A DNA stretch of 61,949 nt, counting the filler. It is 8 parts of 8 records of this genome, joined end to end, with 100 filler letters (N's around TTAATTAATTAA, not from the genome) between each part and the next. Parts side by side here need not be neighbours in the genome. Positions count along the whole stretch, not along the records: positions 34,296 to 41,623 come from SRR31156797_39563; positions 41,724 to 50,280 come from SRR31156797_39597; 6 more parts are not named here. The stretch is one strand, 5' to 3'. The notes under the pieces were generated by a model that was not told the origin of the DNA, did not search any database, and saw nothing but the letters and a program-made list of their open reading frames with translations. Positions 38,716 through 47,670 of the stretch are shown here, piece after piece. Positions within the stretch are counted from its first letter, which is position 1. Each line of letters opens with the position of its first letter. A program made the translations under genes and the position numbers.

Positions 38716-40173
38716 TTATATTGTACCAGATTCTCGCGAAATCGTGCGGGTCAAACCAATCGCTAGCACAATGAGTAAAACACCGATCCCAAAAACCCAG
38801 TGTAGACCGCTATAAAGAATCTCCCGTAATTGCCCTAATAAGGCTGTTGGCAGCTGACGCGCGGCGGCTGGATCAACCAGCTGATTCATGACACTGCTGT
38901 CAGTGACTTGCGCCTGTGCCAAGCCCACGCTATTGCTGGTGTTTAAAACGATACCGAAGACCGCCACCATAATGGTTTGCCCAATCGTTCGCAGCAGCGT
39001 ATTGAAAGAAGTCGCCACGCCGACTTGGGTGGGTGCAACGCTGGTTTGGGCAGTAACGGTACAAACCACCATCGTTGCCCCTAATCCGACGCCCGTAATA
39101 GAAGAAATCACCAAGAACAACCAGAATGATGTCTGTGCCGGTGTCAAAAACAACCACAAGGCACCGGTAGCCGTGATCACTAAGCTAACCGTCAAGACCC
39201 AACTGACACTGTGTTGTGTCAACCAACGGCTGGCTAAGAAGGAACCAATCATCCATAAAATCGACAACGGTGCCAACACAAGCCCGCCAATCCCCGCACT
39301 CATGCCTAAGACCCCTTGCATCCACATTGGGATATAAACATCGATCCCCATCAGGAAGCCGCTAGCCAAAGCTGCTACGATGTTTACCACCACAAATAGT
39401 TTTGAGTGGAACAGCTTCAGATCAATAATCGGATCTGCTGCTTTTTTCTCCACACGAATGAAGCCGATAAACGTGAGGACAGAAAAAACGAACAGACCGA
39501 TAACAGGCAGACTTACACCATAATCTCCTAGCAATTGGAAGCCTAGCAGGAGCCCTACTAACGTCAACATCAACAAGAGACTGCCTGCATAATCAATGTT
39601 GACTGCAGCAAAGGCCTTTTTTTCTTCATGAAAATAAAACCAAATTAAGGCGATCAACCCTAATCCGATGGGCACGTTGATAAAGAAGATCCAATGCCAC
39701 CCGATCGTATCTACGATCAATCCACCGGCTAAGGGACCAACGACACTGGCGATCCCCCAAGCAGTACTATTGAGCCCTAAGACTTTCGCCCGCTTTTCAA
39801 CAGGATACAGGTCCGCAATGATCGTTAGGGCAACGGGCATCATGGCCCCTGCGCCTAATCCTTGCAACGCTCTGGCAATGATCAACGTCAACATTGTGTT
39901 GGCCATCCCACAAAACGCCGACCCGATAATAAACAGCAGCGTACCAAATAGAAAGACTGGTTTGCGGCCGATGTTATCGGCAAACTTGCCGTAGATCGGG
40001 GTCAACATCGCACTGGTCAAAAGATAGATCGAGAAGACCCAGTTCATGATCTCGATCCCTTTCAATGAACTAACGATGGTAGGCATCGCTGTCGTAATGA
40101 TCGTTCCTTCGATCGCGGTCATAAACGTTGCGACAAAGACCGCAATAGTGACTAATTTTACATTGGTTCGCAT
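38716..40173 (-). CDS. DHA2-type MFS transporter
   Basis: Multi-TM protein with GKFADNIGRK, RALQGLGAG and WIFFINVP. Start at MRTNVK, after AGGAGG. Confidence 0.92.
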   Translation of the reverse strand: MRTNVKLVTIAVFVATFMTAIEGTIITTAMPTIVSSLKGIEIMNWVFSIYLLTSAMLTPIYGKFADNIGRKPVFLFGTLLFIIGSAFCGMANTMLTLIIARALQGLGAGAMMPVALTIIADLYPVEKRAKVLGLNSTAWGIASVVGPLAGGLIVDTIGWHWIFFINVPIGLGLIALIWFYFHEEKKAFAAVNIDYAGSLLLMLTLVGLLLGFQLLGDYGVSLPVIGLFVFSVLTFIGFIRVEKKAADPIIDLKLFHSKLFVVVNIVAALASGFLMGIDVYIPMWMQGVLGMSAGIGGLVLAPLSILWMIGSFLASRWLTQHSVSWVLTVSLVITATGALWLFLTPAQTSFWLFLVISSITGVGLGATMVVCTVTAQTSVAPTQVGVATSFNTLLRTIGQTIMVAVFGIVLNTSNSVGLAQAQVTDSSVMNQLVDPAAARQLPTALLGQLREILYSGLHWVFGIGVLLIVLAIGLTRTISRESGTI

Positions 40174-40193
40174 GTAACTCCTCCTTTTACTCC

Positions 40194-40232
40194 AAAAAAA
40201 AGAACCCCTATTGATAGTCATCAATAGAGGTC
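40194..40232 (-). terminator. metK terminator
   Basis: Minus strand CCTCTATTGAT-GACT-ATCAATAGGGG followed by a T-tract. Confidence 0.75.
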
Positions 40233-40239
40233 GCCTCTT

Positions 40240-41424
40240 TTAATCCTTCACACTTGCCAAAAGTGCCGCCACCTTGTCGGTGCGTTCCCATGGCAAATCG
40301 ATATCTGTACGACCGAAATGTCCGTAAGCAGCAGTCTGACGATAAATCGGACGGCGCAAATCTAACATTTCAATAATTCCTGCTGGTCGCAAATCAAAGT
40401 TTTCTCGTACCGCTTGGATCAAGCGCTCGTTGCTGACGGTTCCGGTACCAAAAGTGTTGATGCTGATCGAAACGGGCTGTGCCACACCGATCGCATAGGC
40501 TAATTGGACTTCCACTTTTTTGGCTAGCTTTGCTGCTACGATGTTTTTGGCAATGTAGCGAGCCGCATAGCTGGCTGAACGGTCAACTTTGGTTGCGTCT
40601 TTTCCAGAAAACGCACCGCCACCATGACGAGCATAGCCGCCATAAGTATCAACGATGATTTTTCTGCCTGTCAAACCGGCATCCCCTTGAGGACCGCCGA
40701 TCACAAAACGACCAGTAGGATTAATATAATATTTTGTCTGCTCGTCTAAAAGATCGGCAGGAATCACTTCTTTGATCACTTTTTCAATGACATCACGGTG
40801 GATCGTTTCATTATCAGCCGCATCATCATGCTGGGTACTAATAACGACGGTGTCCACTCTTTGTGGTTGATCGTTATCATCATACTCAACAGTTACTTGC
40901 GATTTTGCATCTGGACGCAAGTAGCTTAGTTCATTGTTTTTACGCAACTCTGCTAATCGACGGACTAACCGATGACTCAATGCGATTGGTAAAGGCATCA
41001 ATTCAGGTGTTTCATCAACGGCAAAACCAAACATCAAGCCTTGGTCACCGGCACCGATATCTTCTTTATCCGTTTCTCCACGACTTTCTAAAGCATCGTC
41101 AACGCCTTGAGCGATATCTGGTGATTGCTCATCGATCGCTACCAAAACAGCAACCGTATCGCCGTCAAAGCCGAATTTTGCTCGTGTATAGCCGATTTCT
41201 TTTATGGTTTCTCGGACGACTTTTTGAATATCTACATAAGCAGAAGTAGAAATTTCTCCAAAGACTAAAACCAATCCGGTGGTAACTGACGTTTCGCAAG
41301 CGACCCGTGCCATTGGATCTTCGGCAAGCAACGCATCTAAGATGGCATCACTGATTTGGTCGGCTACTTTGTCTGGGTGTCCTTCTGAAACGGACTCTGA
41401 TGTAAATAAGTGTTTCTCTGTCAT
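40240..41424 (-). CDS. metK: S-adenosylmethionine synthetase
   Basis: [19 protein letters not shown] and GGGAFSGKD. Confidence 0.98.
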   Translation of the reverse strand: MTEKHLFTSESVSEGHPDKVADQISDAILDALLAEDPMARVACETSVTTGLVLVFGEISTSAYVDIQKVVRETIKEIGYTRAKFGFDGDTVAVLVAIDEQSPDIAQGVDDALESRGETDKEDIGAGDQGLMFGFAVDETPELMPLPIALSHRLVRRLAELRKNNELSYLRPDAKSQVTVEYDDNDQPQRVDTVVISTQHDDAADNETIHRDVIEKVIKEVIPADLLDEQTKYYINPTGRFVIGGPQGDAGLTGRKIIVDTYGGYARHGGGAFSGKDATKVDRSASYAARYIAKNIVAAKLAKKVEVQLAYAIGVAQPVSISINTFGTGTVSNERLIQAVRENFDLRPAGIIEMLDLRRPIYRQTAAYGHFGRTDIDLPWERTDKVAALLASVKD

Positions 41425-41430
41425 TTTTGT

Positions 41431-41500
41431 ATTCCCCCTAATATATGTTTCGGTTACAAGGCATCTTCGCAGCTGCGAATCCTTTCGGGAACTTGCAACG
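41431..41500 (-). ncRNA. SMK-box (SAM-III) translational riboswitch
   Basis: GTTCCCGAAAGGAT...GATGCCTTGTAACCGAAA...GGGGGAAT directly upstream of the metK ATG; the anti-SD TTCCC pairs with the SD. Confidence 0.95.
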
Positions 41501-41505
41501 GACTG

Positions 41506-41514
41506 ATTATAACA
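41506..41514 (-). promoter_or_regulatory. Extended -10 promoter of metK
   Basis: TGTTATAAT immediately upstream of the riboswitch. Confidence 0.7.
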
Positions 41515-41568
41515 AATTTTGACCCTTCGTAGTTGAAAAATGATAAAAAAGATCATTTTTGGGTAATA

Positions 41569-41591
41569 AAAAAACACTCTCAAGAGTGTTT
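41569..41591 (-). terminator. Terminator after the tRNA
   Basis: AAACACTC-TTGA-GAGTGTTT followed by a T-tract. Confidence 0.7.
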
Positions 41592-41594
41592 GCA

Positions 41595-41623
41595 TGATCC
41601 GTACGGGATTCGAACCCGTGTTA
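41595..41623 (-). tRNA. tRNA 3' fragment, most likely tRNA-Glu
   Basis: TAACACGGGTTCGAATCCCGTACGGATCA forms the T-arm and acceptor strand, resembling Firmicutes tRNA-Glu. The anticodon is off-contig. Confidence 0.8.
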
Positions 41624-41723
41624 NNNNNNNNNNNNNNNNNNNNNNNNNNNNNNNNNNNNNNNNNNNNTTAATTAATTAANNNNNNNNNNNNNNNNNNNNN
41701 NNNNNNNNNNNNNNNNNNNNNNN
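41624..41723. other. Artificial contig linker
   Basis: N44-TTAATTAATTAA-N44. Confidence 0.98.
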
Positions 41724-41784
41724 TCATCCGTATCATCCACCAGACTACAGCGATAGAAATCAACAGAACAAGAGCTACCTTCAT
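41724..41784 (-). CDS. N-terminus of an unidentified membrane or secreted protein
   Basis: GAGG RBS then MKVALVLLISIAVVWWMIRM, running off the contig. Confidence 0.45.
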
Positions 41785-42072
41785 GTTCTCAACCTCATAA
41801 AGTTGGTATGGCAGTAATCTATTCTCTGGTTGGGGCACAGAATCTGGATAACGAAAAAGGTAGAGATATCGCTGAAAATCATTTTCTAACCTTAAAACTG
41901 TTCTGCCAAGAAGCGTATATTGAAAAAGATGACAATAAAAGCAGGCTCAAGGCAACAGTGCACTCCAGAACACAAGGGATAAAGTGGCTCTCCCAAAAAG
42001 GAACATAGCTCGTCGACAAAGGTTTATCAAAGAGCTATGTTATTGGTGTAAAAGCAAAGATTGCAAAAAAAA

Positions 42073-45000
42073 TTACAAATCCAAACTCCAGAGATTAAAC
42101 TTTTCTCCACCTCTTGCTGATTCAAACAGCAGGGATTTTCCATCTGGAGAAAAGACCGGGTACATATCCGGCCCGTTCAAAGTCAATTCCCGTGTCGTAT
42201 CTTTCTTAAAATCATAGAGCCAGAGCGTCGCTCGAGAAGCAGAATTCCAGGCCCAGCAGATTGCCTTGGAACCATCCGGGGAGAAGACCGGACCCCGATC
42301 CCCGAGGGTTTCACCTTTGGTGATAAGACGGTGGTTATCAGCCTTGGCCTTTCCATCCTCAAGCCTAAGGTTTGACACTATAGCTGCATAGCCCACCCTA
42401 TCCTTACCGGAGCTGTCAAGTACCACTTCAGCAGTGTAAGCAATACGTTGGCCGTCCGGGCTCCAGCTATACATCTGCACTGCTTCGGGACCTTCCCAGG
42501 TATAGATTGAGGGTTTGCCCCAGCCGTCGGGGAAGGTCATAAAGTTCTGCCCTGTGAGGCTGTACGTTCCGGAAGGTGCGATTTTATAGGCAATTGTCTT
42601 GCCATCAGGACTCCATAGTGGATTGGACTCCATGCTTTTATCATGGGTGAGCTTGTGTAGAGATGTGGTTTCCATATCCAACAGCCACAGGTCCCAGTTA
42701 TTGTTATGGTTGGCCGCCCAGGCCACCGCCTTACCGTCAGGCCTGAAGGCTGGCCGGTCAAGCAAATCCTGGGAGCGCTGCAGAATTTGTTGTTTTTTCG
42801 TCGCCACATCAAGGAGTACAACCTGATGTTCATCAGTTGAAGGATCGTGCCCCCAGCAGACAATCTGATCTCCCCGACTGTTCCACTCAGGCCATCCGTG
42901 ACTGACCTCTCCTTGAGTTAACTGGACCTGATGGCTTCCGTCAGCATCCATCACCCATATCTGATCTTTACCGCTGCGGTTGGAGACAAAAGCAATGCTC
43001 TTACCATCCGGGCTCCATCTTCCACCTATATTGCGGCTGTTGTCACTGGTAAGTTTATGAAGCTCAAGGCCTTCGTCTTCCGTGTTGTATGCACCGGATA
43101 GTAAGGTAACCGGCTCGTTGATGCGCAGATTTTCCTCTGGTACAGGTGCTCCGATGCGATGGCATTTGTAACATGACGGGTGGGTTCCCAGCGGGACAAT
43201 TACCCTAGTTGGAAGGGTTATCCGGTCAGGAAAGCTGTGGTGTACATGCTCAAATGACGTGGCATAGCTGCTTTTGCTGATAATTCCGTGGCGGTCGTTC
43301 TCATAGGCCTTGCCATCCGGACCGGCCATAGAAGATCCATGGACAGAGGGTTCAACATCCAGAGCAGGTGCTCCTGATCCGGTGGCAACTCCGGGTGCGA
43401 GAAACCGGCCATATAAACCGGTAGTAGCCGTTTCCCGGGTTAAGCCGGTTGGGAGGTCCTGCTCTTCCACCTCGTCGTATACTGTCTCAGCCAGAGGGAT
43501 GAGCGGTATAATTTTTCCGGCGGTAAAAGCCTGGTCCCGCACCATATCAAGATACACCTTGTTCAGTGCCCGGGCTCTTTCAGCAGACGGATTCAACAAA
43601 CGGGAAATGTCATCGTGCAGGTGTTTGAGATGCTCTTTTCTGGCAAGTCCCTTGTCATCGAAAAACGCTGTATCCGTCTCCTTGTTAACACGGAACTCAG
43701 AGGCAGAACCGTTATACATCAGGTAATAGGTGTACTCGTAATAGAGTGCCCCGCTTTCCAGCATGACTTTGGGTTCAACTATACCCTGGTATCGGTGTTT
43801 ATCATAACTGAGCCAGCCGTTCTGCTCATTTTTACCGCTAAATTTTCGAGAGAATGAGTAAACACTGTCCGTAGGCATTCCAACACCGCCATGACAGCCA
43901 ACGCAACTCAATGTCTCTTCATAATTCTGAGGTCGCAAATCGCCATCACTATCCTCAATATAGCCCTGGAGCAGCCAGCCGGTTCCGTTATACACGCCCT
44001 TTTCCGAGCTGCCGATAAACTGGCTTAACCGATCGGGAAAGTCATCGCGCTCCTTTACCTCTTCTAAAATGTTCTCTTCAAGATCAGCGTAGGTCTGCCA
44101 AGTTTTCTTGACCATGTAGCGCAGCTCTTTCATCCTTTGTGACCGATCCAGGCCATCATCCTTAGGCTGCAGATAATAGAGCGCCTGTAAAAATTCAGTT
44201 CCTTTGGGGAAAAGACCGGCAGCCAGACGTATCTTGCCCTCCTGCTGTTGCCGGCCTGCCATGCCAACCCATGACATGAGCTTCCCGGCCAGTGGTTCCC
44301 AGGAGTAACGAACCCGTTCTGCCGTTGCCAGTTTTCCGTCCTTATCAAGATCGACATTGAATTCCTTTTCATCAACCGGGTCTATGACAACGTCTTTTTT
44401 GACTATTATCGATTCGAGTATGGCCAGGTTCAGACTGTAGACAGATTCGCTCTCATGACCGTTAACATCTTTTCTAAACGGTTCGGGCAGTCGTACCGCC
44501 AGTTCCTGTATCCTGCCGCTGGTCGGCCAGGAAGCAGTAGGTAGTGGATAGGCAGAAAAAACACGCCAGCCGCTCATCTTTCCCTGAGGGCTTCGATCAA
44601 AGCCGTTGTCGTCAAAACTGAAGTAACAATCCGGAACATAACCGTCCCAGCGGCCGTTTCCATTTTCATCCAGTGCGGGTTCAACTCTATCTCGCAGCCT
44701 GTCCAGCCGTGGTTTACCCGTTCTATCCAGGTAATTGTCTTTCTCAATGTAATTGTCGATTTCCTGATGGGTGATGGAATCAAGGGCCTCACTTCTGTCA
44801 GCAAACAGATTGGTCCAGGGATTCTTCAGAGCCGGTTCGGGAAGGGAGTACTCCAGCTGCAGGTCACCGTCATTAAGATAATTAGGCTCTTCAGAGCGAA
44901 CATGACAGACATAACACGGATTAAAGACCTGCTTTTTCTTGTCGGTCGTCTTGGTGTAGCACTGGGGAGGGATATAGGCAGTCTCATTGTTCAGCTGCCA

Positions 45001-45087
45001 ATCTGCAGCTTGGACGCTTGAAACGAGTTGTAATGATATGAGAAAACAGAAAGATGAGACAACGATTTTTGGCTGAGGGAAACGCAC
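42073..45087 (-). CDS. Secreted protein with three CxxCH heme-c motifs and a C-terminal TolB/PD40 beta-propeller
   Basis: Signal peptide; CYVCH, CVGCH and CYKCH; repeated WSPDG/FSPDG blades. Downstream of phoX. Confidence 0.75.
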   Translation of the reverse strand: MRFPQPKIVVSSFCFLISLQLVSSVQAADWQLNNETAYIPPQCYTKTTDKKKQVFNPCYVCHVRSEEPNYLNDGDLQLEYSLPEPALKNPWTNLFADRSEALDSITHQEIDNYIEKDNYLDRTGKPRLDRLRDRVEPALDENGNGRWDGYVPDCYFSFDDNGFDRSPQGKMSGWRVFSAYPLPTASWPTSGRIQELAVRLPEPFRKDVNGHESESVYSLNLAILESIIVKKDVVIDPVDEKEFNVDLDKDGKLATAERVRYSWEPLAGKLMSWVGMAGRQQQEGKIRLAAGLFPKGTEFLQALYYLQPKDDGLDRSQRMKELRYMVKKTWQTYADLEENILEEVKERDDFPDRLSQFIGSSEKGVYNGTGWLLQGYIEDSDGDLRPQNYEETLSCVGCHGGVGMPTDSVYSFSRKFSGKNEQNGWLSYDKHRYQGIVEPKVMLESGALYYEYTYYLMYNGSASEFRVNKETDTAFFDDKGLARKEHLKHLHDDISRLLNPSAERARALNKVYLDMVRDQAFTAGKIIPLIPLAETVYDEVEEQDLPTGLTRETATTGLYGRFLAPGVATGSGAPALDVEPSVHGSSMAGPDGKAYENDRHGIISKSSYATSFEHVHHSFPDRITLPTRVIVPLGTHPSCYKCHRIGAPVPEENLRINEPVTLLSGAYNTEDEGLELHKLTSDNSRNIGGRWSPDGKSIAFVSNRSGKDQIWVMDADGSHQVQLTQGEVSHGWPEWNSRGDQIVCWGHDPSTDEHQVVLLDVATKKQQILQRSQDLLDRPAFRPDGKAVAWAANHNNNWDLWLLDMETTSLHKLTHDKSMESNPLWSPDGKTIAYKIAPSGTYSLTGQNFMTFPDGWGKPSIYTWEGPEAVQMYSWSPDGQRIAYTAEVVLDSSGKDRVGYAAIVSNLRLEDGKAKADNHRLITKGETLGDRGPVFSPDGSKAICWAWNSASRATLWLYDFKKDTTRELTLNGPDMYPVFSPDGKSLLFESARGGEKFNLWSLDL

Positions 45088-45111
45088 AACATTTTCTCCG
45101 GGCTTAATTGA

Positions 45112-45147
45112 CTGTTCCCCGAAACCTTCTCAGGTAACGGGGAACAG
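45112..45147 (-). terminator. Intergenic hairpin between phoX and the heme protein gene
   Basis: CTGTTCCCCG...CGGGGAACAG 10-bp stem with no T-tract. Confidence 0.45.
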
Positions 45148-45196
45148 GTGACGCAGCCTTTTTAGAGGCCTCGTATAACTACACTACATTGCAAAA

Positions 45197-46984
45197 TTAC
45201 TTGAGGACAGGCAGTGGACCAACGTAACCAGTGTAACCCGCTGCCTCTGCAGGATCACTCAGCTTATCCTCATCGGACTCACCGTACGGATGCTGAACAA
45301 CACTTATAAGGTAACCGTGACCATTGATTGAGGGATAATAATATGGGGAGGTGGTTTCCGAGCCGTAAGGTGTGGTCTGAATACGGGTTAGTGCCTGAGT
45401 TTTTGTGTTATAAGCCCAGATGACATCATTCTGATGGCCGGAACCGGTATCTTCACCAATAATCAGGATGTCGGTACCGGTCATGTAGGTTACATTATCC
45501 GGGTTGGAAATCCCGTTGATATCGCAACTATTGTTGGCATAGTCGCCACTCTTGGGGTATTTCCGTTGGGTACCGTTAACAACGCCGTACATGTTCTTGG
45601 CTACGTACTCACTGCCGATTTCCTTATCAGCTTCAATGCTCAAACCATAGACAACACCACACTTGTTCTTCGGCAATCGGATATGGTTGGGTCCGCCCTT
45701 GTCCTGCTTGGCACCATCTTCCATACCCTTGGCTATTTCAGACATAGCCACATACAGGGTGGAAGTTTCAGGATTGAAGGTGATGCCCTCTTCCTTACGA
45801 AATTCGGTGGTTGCACCTTTCATGGCAGCATATCTTCTGGTTTCAAGACGGGAAGCGAGTTTTTCCTTACCGGTTTTAACCTGCAGACACTCGTGGCCGG
45901 TGGTGGTGCTCACAGAGGTGAAGCCGGTTTCGCAGGTCCCGTTTTCTTTGGACTCTGAAACGGTGAAGATATCGGTAAATGTAATGCCGGATTCTACAGC
46001 ATCCCGGATCTCCTTATTATTGGCGTGACCGAGATCTATCCAGGATAGTTCAGCGTATCCGCCTGATCCATTATGTACCTGATCCCACTTCGCAGCATAG
46101 AGGGTACCTGCAGAAAGATCTTCGGCCTTATCGGCAACATACATAAAGAAACCGACATTGGTTCCGTCATCAGAGATGTACGTGGTTTTGTTATCAGGCA
46201 TCACATAGGCCAGCTCTACGGCTACACGACCCATGGCAAAATGCTTTTCAGGAGTTGCCGTACCATCAGCAGAGACGATAACCTCGGTCGGGTACCCATA
46301 GCGATATGGTTTGAACACGGAACGGAAGGCGTCTACAGTGGTAGACTCAGCGTACGGGTCAACACCGAAATACCGGGCCATGGGCTTATCGTAGTCCTCG
46401 ATCTCATCCATGGACTTTGCGAACTCGGTAGCACGGGCATTGTTGGGGTACTCCTCGCTTCCCAGATGGGTATTCCACGGGGTAACGCTGCCGGCGCAGG
46501 GGACCCAGAGCCCGCCATATTTTGAGAAATCTATATTCTTGGTATTGAGTGCGGTCAGCTTGCCGGTGGCCCTGTCCTGTGACAGCTCTGTTACATACAT
46601 GGCACCGGGTCGACTTTCAAAATGAGAGACCGCGAACAATTTGTCCCCTACTGGCAGCAGTGAGGTGAAGTCGTTATCAACGGAAATATGCTCAGAGCCA
46701 TCCTTGTTCTTCACCGGTTTTCCATCCTGATCCATAAGCAAACCAAAGGTTCCTTCACCGGCCTTTTCCCCGCTGCGCAGGATTACATTGTAACCAATGG
46801 CGGTCTCCTGGTCATCAACGCTAATTTTTGAGCTGGCCAAAATCTGGCGTTTTTCTTTATCGGTTACCGGGAAGGGAACACCTTCAAAGGCAACTTCGGA
46901 ACCATTTGCAACAAGACAGCCTCCAAAAAATATCATACCCGTACAAGCGATACCACAAGCAGCGCTATACACCTTTTTCTTCAT
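45197..46984 (-). CDS. phoX: PhoX-family alkaline phosphatase
   Basis: PCAGSVTPWNTHLGSEE, AMGR..E, NPDN, GED, GSETT and VQHP. Confidence 0.88.
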   Translation of the reverse strand: MKKKVYSAACGIACTGMIFFGGCLVANGSEVAFEGVPFPVTDKEKRQILASSKISVDDQETAIGYNVILRSGEKAGEGTFGLLMDQDGKPVKNKDGSEHISVDNDFTSLLPVGDKLFAVSHFESRPGAMYVTELSQDRATGKLTALNTKNIDFSKYGGLWVPCAGSVTPWNTHLGSEEYPNNARATEFAKSMDEIEDYDKPMARYFGVDPYAESTTVDAFRSVFKPYRYGYPTEVIVSADGTATPEKHFAMGRVAVELAYVMPDNKTTYISDDGTNVGFFMYVADKAEDLSAGTLYAAKWDQVHNGSGGYAELSWIDLGHANNKEIRDAVESGITFTDIFTVSESKENGTCETGFTSVSTTTGHECLQVKTGKEKLASRLETRRYAAMKGATTEFRKEEGITFNPETSTLYVAMSEIAKGMEDGAKQDKGGPNHIRLPKNKCGVVYGLSIEADKEIGSEYVAKNMYGVVNGTQRKYPKSGDYANNSCDINGISNPDNVTYMTGTDILIIGEDTGSGHQNDVIWAYNTKTQALTRIQTTPYGSETTSPYYYPSINGHGYLISVVQHPYGESDEDKLSDPAEAAGYTGYVGPLPVLK

Positions 46985-47109
46985 TATTGATCTCCTTGAG
47001 TAAATGTCGTTACTATCATTGGCAAACTAATGTGCCATTTTGACAAAAGAAGATTAGTAAATGATTTGAGTAGGTTTAAAATAGTGTAATGTAAGGAACA
47101 TGGGGCAAC

Positions 47110-47365
47110 TCAATATTGATAATGACCGGCCCGAAAGACATCCAGCTGCAGCTGGTCCCACAGCGACATACCCAGCCAGAACGCGCCTTATGGAAAGGGG
47201 CTGTGCAAAGCCAGATCGCTTAAATGAAGCTGAACAGTCTTTCAATACAGCTCCGGGGCATCTCGGAATAACGCCAGTTGGGGTGGCTTGATCATCTTGA
47301 TCTTCAAGAAATTCTCCACTTTGAGCCAGCAAAATTTTTAGCTGTTGTTGACCTTACCAAGGCAG
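47110..47365 (-). pseudogene. Degraded IS1634-like transposase fragment
   Basis: One minus frame reads LGKVNNS*KFCW...PPQLALF...*KTVQLHLSDLALHSPFP*GAFWLGMSLWDQLQLDVF, resembling recalled IS1634 N-terminal motifs. Confidence 0.6.
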
Positions 47366-47670
47366 GGGGGCAAAAACGATTAGCAGGAAAGTACCGGGTG
47401 AGATGAGATGCTGATGGTTTTACAGGTGAAGAGGTTGTTTTTTCTGCGGAGCACAGCCTAGCGGTTCAGTTCTTCTTATTCGCCTCAAAGCCTGGTAAAC
47501 CGTACTTGATTCCCTGGTAGACATTTAACAATAATAACCAGGTTGTTTTGAACTGAAATTGCTAGGTGGGGTTGAATGATAAGATGCAGTAGAATAAAAA
47601 ATTGAATAAAGTGAACACAGAGTGAGAATTCCAAGCTAACAAAGCAACAGAAAATCAATCAATTTTTTCT

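Noticed and set aside
41425-41595. 57-aa N-terminal extension of MetK
   Set aside because: The region is the promoter and SMK riboswitch; the SD sits before the ATG at 41424.
47020-47038. Sigma-54 promoter upstream of phoX (TGGCAC...TTGC)
   Set aside because: The GG-to-GC spacing is 11 nt, not the required 10. It remains only a TGGCA-N8-TGCCA palindrome of unknown meaning, and no convincing Pho box was found.
47054-47332. Short ORFs 47054-47332 (-) and 47100-47291 (+) as real genes
   Set aside because: Better explained as alternative frames over a decayed transposase.
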